From contig ML992503.1 of the NCBI GenBank assembly GCA_010093995.1, positions 859,234 to 923,233 on the forward strand: a DNA stretch of 64,000 nucleotides. The letters are read 5' to 3'. The stretch is from Elsinoe ampelina. Its lineage: Eukaryota. The notes beneath the pieces were generated by a model. The model ran no database searches and had not been told where the DNA came from. It saw only the letters and a list, made by a program, of their open reading frames with translations. The position numbers were made by a program, and so were the translations under genes. Positions 58,129-64,000 of the stretch are shown in pieces; position 1 is the stretch's first letter, and every line of letters begins with the position of its first letter.

Positions 58129-59185
58129 TATGGCCTATCGTACACCCTAGCATATAATACACGCAGCGATAAGAGGAGAATCGTCATCGGTCGAGTCTCG
58201 GACGTCGGAAGTGAAAGAGATAAAGTATACAATGGATCAATGAAGGCGGAAGTCGGCGGAGTAGAATGAATAAGTCGGTTTGAACGGAACAGATCTTTTG
58301 CAAGCTCGCCGCATGTCTGAGGAGCAGCGCGCAAGCATTGGTAGGTGAAGTAAGCGTGCGTAGGAGGTGGATATGCGGCGCGGAAGAGCGTGGATGTCGA
58401 CGGGTAAAGATGGTAACGGTTCGCCTACGCGATGTCTCTTACTGCGCGAACTACCAGGACGAGGTAGCGAGACACGAGCAGACCGTTTGAGACGAAAGGA
58501 CAATCGCGTGGGTAGGGAGAGGGAGCTGTGGCAATCTTGCTGACATCAGGTCGAGACGGAGATGGTCCCAGCTGTCACTGTAAGGCCATGAGATCAGGCT
58601 TGTGAGGTGGGTCCCCCTTTTGCCTTTTTGACCCAATTTGTTTAGACGGCTTCCCCAGAAACCAGTCCAGAACCAGGCAGAAAAACGAAACGGCAGCGTC
58701 ATTCCGCAGGATGCGATCCTGGGACAATTGTAGGTACTTGTTTCGCTGGCAATCGGTGGTGTAGAGCAGGGAAGTCGACACGACGAAGCAATTTGGACGT
58801 GAACAAGCAACATTATCGCTCGCTGTTAGTTCTTTCAATAGGTCTATCGTTCAGGTGCTGCACAATGTACCACAAGCAGCATCTCACATCTCCGCCATGC
58901 CCGCGAATAGTATGCGGCTGATTCGCGTATCAGCCTTTCCGACCGGACTCGACTCTCACGTGGAAGATCGCACTAGCTGAACTCTGTATTCTTTTCATTG
59001 ATGAGAAGCGTCTCTCCATACTATTGTCACATGAAATTTATCTGTCCATACCAGACAGAAGGTAAAGTACAGGACGATTGCCTATACCTGTATCCAACTC
59101 CTCGTAATGCATCGCAACCTAGTGCGTCCAAACTGTAGCTTGAAAGGAATTTGTTTCGTCAATATGCGCCGCCCATTTCACACGT

Positions 59186-60631
59186 CTAAAAGTCTTCGTC
59201 GAATGCAAAGTCACCACTGACCACCGCCGGTGCTGAGTTGGCTGATGTACCGTCCTCCTTCTTCTCGTGCTTCTTCGTGCTGGCCATGACACCGGCCTTC
59301 TGGTAGTCACCGACACGCTTCTCAAAGAAGTTGGTCTTGCCTGTCAACGAGATGTTCTCCATAAAGTCGAATGGATTGGTAGCGTTGTAGTATCTCGAGT
59401 TGCCAAGAGCCAGAAGAAGGCGGTCGGCGACGAACTCAATATACTGGCGCATGAGAACGGCGTTCATGCCGAGAAGAGCGCAAGGAAGAGCATCAGTCAA
59501 GAACTCTTGCTCAATCTCGACAGCCTCGATGATGATCTTTTCCACGAGTGCCTTGTCGGGCTTGTTCTTGAGGTGCGAGAACAACAGGCATGCGAAGTCG
59601 GTGTGCATGCCCTCATCACGCGAAATCAGCTCGTTGGAGAAGGTGAGACCTGCCATGAGACCACGCTTCTTGAGCCAGAAGATGGCAGCGAAGGAACCGC
59701 TGAAGAAGATACCCTCGACAGCAGCAAAGGCGATGAGACGGCAAGCAAAGGTTGACTCCTTGTCGCAGATCCATCTGAGAGCCCAGTCGGCCTTCTTCTT
59801 GATGCAAGGAACTAAGAACAGTCAGCGCGAGTCTGCAGCGAGGAAGATTATATACTGACTGTTGTCAATGGCGTTGAAGAGGTACGACCTTTGTCGGGGC
59901 TCCGAAATGTATGTGTCGATGAGAAGGGAGTAGGTCTCGGAGTGAATGTTCTCCATCATTATTTGGAAGCCGTAGAAGCAACGAGCCTCCGGGATCTGTA
60001 CCTCGGAGCTGAATCGCTCGACAAGGTTCTCGTTGACAATACCATCCGACGCAGCAAAGAAGGCGAGTACGTGTGAGATGAAGAACCGCTCATCGTCGTT
60101 CAGGCGCTTGTTCCAGTCGTGAAGATCCTTCGACAAGTCGATCTCCTCTGCAGTCCAGAACGACGCCTCGGCCTTCTTGTACATCTGCCAGATCTACATC
60201 ATGTCAGTCCATGTCCACCTTGGTTTAGGTATGCTAAAGTGCATCGCGTCCGGCGCGTGACGCGTCCGTGGACGGCGGCACTATGACTTACCTCATGGTA
60301 CTTGATTGGGAACAGCACGAAACGGTTCGGGTTCTCCTGAAGGATAGGCTCCTGTGCTTCCTCCTCTTTCAGACCGGGTGCTACTGAAGCTGTGGCTTCT
60401 TGCTCGGGTTCGTAGTCGAGGGGGATACCCTTGACAGGGACGGCGACTTCGTCACGCTCGATGTTTTCCTTGTTTGCCTCTATCGAGAAGGAAGGCTGCT
60501 TGACTGGGGACTCCATCTTGAAGTTCTCAACTGCTTCGGCGACCTGTGGAAGGTCAGCTCTGGCACGCGTAAAGTGGTTTGTTACGGCGACGATGACTGA
60601 CCCTTTTCGATGGCGTCACTTGAGTGGCCAT
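59186..60631 (-). CDS. RNR2: Ribonucleotide reductase small (R2) subunit, 4 exons
   Basis: [10 protein letters not shown]/...[35 protein letters not shown]...[13 protein letters not shown]...ENIHSETYS...[17 protein letters not shown]...[10 protein letters not shown]...FAFDEDF*. Confidence 0.98.
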
Positions 60632-61196
60632 TGTTGTCTTTGTCTGATTGTGCGTGGTCTAAGGATAAAGGACTGGTCAAGGACAAGTATGAGGTTCGAG
60701 ATGTGTGTAAGGTAAAGGAGAGGACTGTAGCTGGGAGCTCGAGTTTATGTAGAAAAAGTAGGACGCGAAGAGGAGCGCGTTCATGCAGGCAACGCAAAGC
60801 AGAAGATTGATTGAATCCACTTCTTGGCGGTACGCGGTGGCTCGTGCGTCGATCCAGCCGCCATGATGTAACGGGACAAAGAGACGCATCTTATCAGATC
60901 ATCTCGGCTTTGAACCGCAGCATCGTTCATGCGAGTGGGGTGAGTTGTTATATGCTTCACAATCGAAACCATCGCATAGCATTCACCAAGTGGCATCATT
61001 ATTTGAGAACGACGAAGCGTGTATTGCTCGTCGCCTGTGCCGCCATCTCAATCCGACGCCGTGGCCCACTCATCATACGATCTGAAGCCTCTCTGCCTGG
61101 AACGCGTTGGCTGGCCACGCACAGGCATTCACTCCAAACCGCCGCATCTCCGACAGCGGCCGGCCTCACACCTGCCTTACTGACGACTTGGTAGTC

Positions 61197-63245
61197 ATGG
61201 CTACGGGTAACCCTCTCATCGAAGCTCTTCCTCCGAAAACCGATTATCTTACCTACCTTACTGTCATCGAATACAATTTGACGCCAGAACTTCTACCAAC
61301 ACTGCACGAGGTGCTGCAGGATACTCAATTGAATGTCAACATCGGATGGGATCTAGTCCACTTGCTCCTACCGCTGCTTCCCGCCTCACAGCAATGTCTC
61401 CAAGATATAGCACGTCTGGGCAATCCGCGCGAGGTCATTCTCAAGGTCACAGAATGCCTTCGCCTCATAGACTTCCAAGGACTGGAGCCAGACACAGACT
61501 CCGACTTGGAAGAACCTCCTTCCTTGGATCCTGATTCACATCGCCATCCACATACTACTGCTCTTGTAGAGCATCCGACCTCAGCCGGAGCAGAGACCAC
61601 GCAGGCAAAGGAGGTCACACCCGCTCCATTGGCTGTCGACCAATTCATCTGTCTGCTCTCTATGCTTTCCATTCTGCATCCACGAATCAAGACGCAATTT
61701 CCAAGCCGCTTCCTCTCCACGTCCTTGCAAGCGGTCCTTCACGCTTTCTCGCAATCCGTTTCTCATCGTGAGGAGCTGCTGTCTGCCGTCTTGCGATTCA
61801 TCAAGGATACGGGTGGCACAAAGCGTCCGCATCTTCCCCCAAGAGCTAGCAGCTCGCAGGTCACGCCAACAAAGTCTAACGAAAGAGCTCCAGATCCTGA
61901 GGCAGATGCAGAAGCCGGGGGTCCGCCTCTGACGGAAGCCGACATCCAGACAAGATTGCTCCAATCACTTCTGACTTTCGTTCTTGAGGATTACATGATG
62001 CGCCTCTACAGCAAGGAAGATATTCCTGGATTGTGTTGGTCGAACAGGCTGCAAGAAAAGCTTCATCCAGAGCGGACTGTGCCAGGTCGATCTTCTTTCA
62101 CTGACAAGTTTGAGACGCAACCCGCCTTGAAGGCAAGACTCACTACAGTCGGAGAGATCCTGGCATTGTCGCAAGATCTTGGTATCAAGACTGAAGAACT
62201 CCTGAAGGTAGCTCGATCAGCCGAACAGCCACATATCCGAGAAGCCAGCACAGAGTCAGAGCCACCAAAAACAGCCGCCGATATACCCTACTCCAAGTCT
62301 GGATCGCTATTCTTGTACGTCTGCAGAGTCATGCGCAGGGTACTCTATTCTACACTGGCCCACGAGGAGGCATTACCTATCTTCCCTGCTCATAACGAGC
62401 TGTTATCGAGCTTTGTCTCTGACTCTTCTGCTGCCGGAGCATTGATAGGATCGGAGCCCGAGGCGCTTCTCGATGCATTACTTGCGTTGGCTTTACTCGC
62501 CGTCGAGAAGGACGAGGTCGGTCAACCCGAAAACACTGAGATGTTCAACCGGTATCTTCAATCCATGTCGCTTGTCTCGTCCAATTGTCCGTCGCCCGCT
62601 CTTCGATACATCGCATACTACCTCACTACTACAACTTTGCGATCAAATCCTTCCGACGTGGAAAGACTAGCATTCATTCGAGACACTTTGGAGCACTGTC
62701 CGTTTGACAATCTGCGAGTCACTGCGATAAGCTGGATCAAAGGTGAGACAATTGAGGCCAATGATCCTCGCAACCCTGCTCGGCCGAGCAGCTCTTCTGG
62801 CAAAGACGCCACAAATACACGCAAAGAGGAATCGTCCATCTTCGCTACCCCTGTAGCACTCGACACGCTCTCGCCATATCTATTCCCGGACCTGACACAT
62901 GACCTCTCTGCCGCGACAATTTCCGATGCATGGACGACCTTTGACCAGAATCTCCAATTCTACCTCGCGTCGTTGAACTTGTACTTCCTCTTATTGTCGG
63001 CAGAGCATTTGACCAAGACGCTCAACATCGGTGACTTGCACAAGAACAACGATATTGCAGGCTCATTCCTCGGTCCATTGAGGGAGGCTTCTTCACGATT
63101 CCAGGAAGATGCGAAATCTGGCGGAGAGCTGAGCAGACGATGGACGGAAGATGGAGATGTGAATGTTGAGCTTGCAAAGTTGCAGCTGCTGGATGCGACG
63201 CTGGAGAAAGTGACTGCAGGAGTGGTCAAGCTGAACGAGAAATGA
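61197..63245 (+). CDS. Ybp1/Ybp2-like (YAP-binding/ALF4/glomulin, DUF1760) protein
   Basis: NPLIEALPPKTDYLTYLTVIEY, IGWDLV, IARLGNPREVILKV, HPRIKTQFPSRFLSTSL, LEHCPFDNLR. Confidence 0.8.
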   Translation: MATGNPLIEALPPKTDYLTYLTVIEYNLTPELLPTLHEVLQDTQLNVNIGWDLVHLLLPLLPASQQCLQDIARLGNPREVILKVTECLRLIDFQGLEPDTDSDLEEPPSLDPDSHRHPHTTALVEHPTSAGAETTQAKEVTPAPLAVDQFICLLSMLSILHPRIKTQFPSRFLSTSLQAVLHAFSQSVSHREELLSAVLRFIKDTGGTKRPHLPPRASSSQVTPTKSNERAPDPEADAEAGGPPLTEADIQTRLLQSLLTFVLEDYMMRLYSKEDIPGLCWSNRLQEKLHPERTVPGRSSFTDKFETQPALKARLTTVGEILALSQDLGIKTEELLKVARSAEQPHIREASTESEPPKTAADIPYSKSGSLFLYVCRVMRRVLYSTLAHEEALPIFPAHNELLSSFVSDSSAAGALIGSEPEALLDALLALALLAVEKDEVGQPENTEMFNRYLQSMSLVSSNCPSPALRYIAYYLTTTTLRSNPSDVERLAFIRDTLEHCPFDNLRVTAISWIKGETIEANDPRNPARPSSSSGKDATNTRKEESSIFATPVALDTLSPYLFPDLTHDLSAATISDAWTTFDQNLQFYLASLNLYFLLLSAEHLTKTLNIGDLHKNNDIAGSFLGPLREASSRFQEDAKSGGELSRRWTEDGDVNVELAKLQLLDATLEKVTAGVVKLNEK

Positions 63246-63410
63246 TTGGAAACAAAAAATGGGACAATGTAGTCATAACGAATACACGAACGCAATGACT
63301 GTCAATCTTGCCATGTTCGTGCAGGCTACTGACTGATTGATATCCATTACACCCTTCCGAGCAGAGTATTCGCTAATGTACACACTCGAGTCTACTTATT
63401 GATTCCACCT

Positions 63411-64000
63411 TCACCTCCTTCCCAACCCCCACCTCGAAATCCGATCCTGAATCTCCTCCCACCTCACATCCAACAACCTCACCCCCTCCTCCTCCCCCTG
63501 CTGCACCACCACCGTCGGCGCCCCGCTCCCGCCCCCTACATTCTTCACCTGTCCCTCAAACACCCGTCTCGCCACCTCCCTCAACTCCTTGACCCCCACC
63601 CGATCGATCCGTTCAATCATCTCCTTGACCCCGACCCTCCTCCCATGGACCTGCACCTGCCTCCCCAAATCCTCCAACTCGACCATTCGACTCTCGAGGT
63701 TCATGAGCAGACTACTTTTGAGCTGATTCTTGGCGCGCTGCACCTCCCCCTCTCCCAGTCGACCGAAACCGGTCTCCGCCTTGAGGAGGGACAGTTCGCG
63801 ACACATGACCTCGAGCATACGCATGGTGTACTGCGTCCCGCACGCCGCGGAGATGCCGAAGATGCCGCTGTCCGTGTAGGCGTGGTTGAACGAGACGCAG
63901 TTCTCCACCCAGCCGTGTTGGTTGAGCACGTTGGTGTAGAGGCGCGAGTACATGCCTTTGCCGGGTCCGCCGGCGGAGAAGGAGCCGCCGCCGCCGAGGA
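63411..64000 (-). CDS. MAS2: Mitochondrial processing peptidase alpha subunit, 3' part only
   Basis: Glycine-rich loop [67 protein letters not shown]. Confidence 0.96.
   Translation of the reverse strand, partial: LGGGGSFSAGGPGKGMYSRLYTNVLNQHGWVENCVSFNHAYTDSGIFGISAACGTQYTMRMLEVMCRELSLLKAETGFGRLGEGEVQRAKNQLKSSLLMNLESRMVELEDLGRQVQVHGRRVGVKEMIERIDRVGVKELREVARRVFEGQVKNVGGGSGAPTVVVQQGEEEGVRLLDVRWEEIQDRISRWGLGRR

Overview
Gene-dense 64 kb segment of a filamentous ascomycete (Pezizomycotina) nuclear genome, with short GT-AG introns and CTRAC branch sites. It holds about 28 mostly housekeeping protein genes: ferric reductase (partial), ArAE/FUSC-type transporter, Alb1, a ubiquitin-specific protease, RPL32, MRT4, MDM10, PRP4 kinase, a Ran1/Sks1-like kinase, SNF8, RPL7, CHS7, an alpha-arrestin, SPG1/TEM1, RRB1, GPI12, a Zn alcohol dehydrogenase, phospholipase D, cyanase, a C2H2 protein, a WDR44-like protein, RNR2, a Ybp1-like protein, MPP-alpha (partial) and a few hypotheticals. 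The main accessory element is a 5.67 kb AT-rich, RIP-mutated DNA transposon (39297-44963) with intact terminal inverted repeats, 9-bp subterminal repeats and a 5(6)-bp target duplication. By manual de-RIPing it carried an HTH plus integrase-type DDE transposase, a second intron-containing gene, and a Zn(II)2Cys6/coiled-coil gene on the opposite strand. Other notable signals: a C/D snoRNA in RPL7 intron 2, three ATCTGATAA (SreA-type) sites upstream of the ferric reductase, MCB-like elements inside RNR2 introns, a cyanase with a possible mitochondrial presequence, a PRP4 kinase lacking the usual activation-loop Tyr, and recurrent C-rich to G-rich skew switches. Gene identities come from recalled motifs; no database searches were run, and intron boundaries were read by eye.
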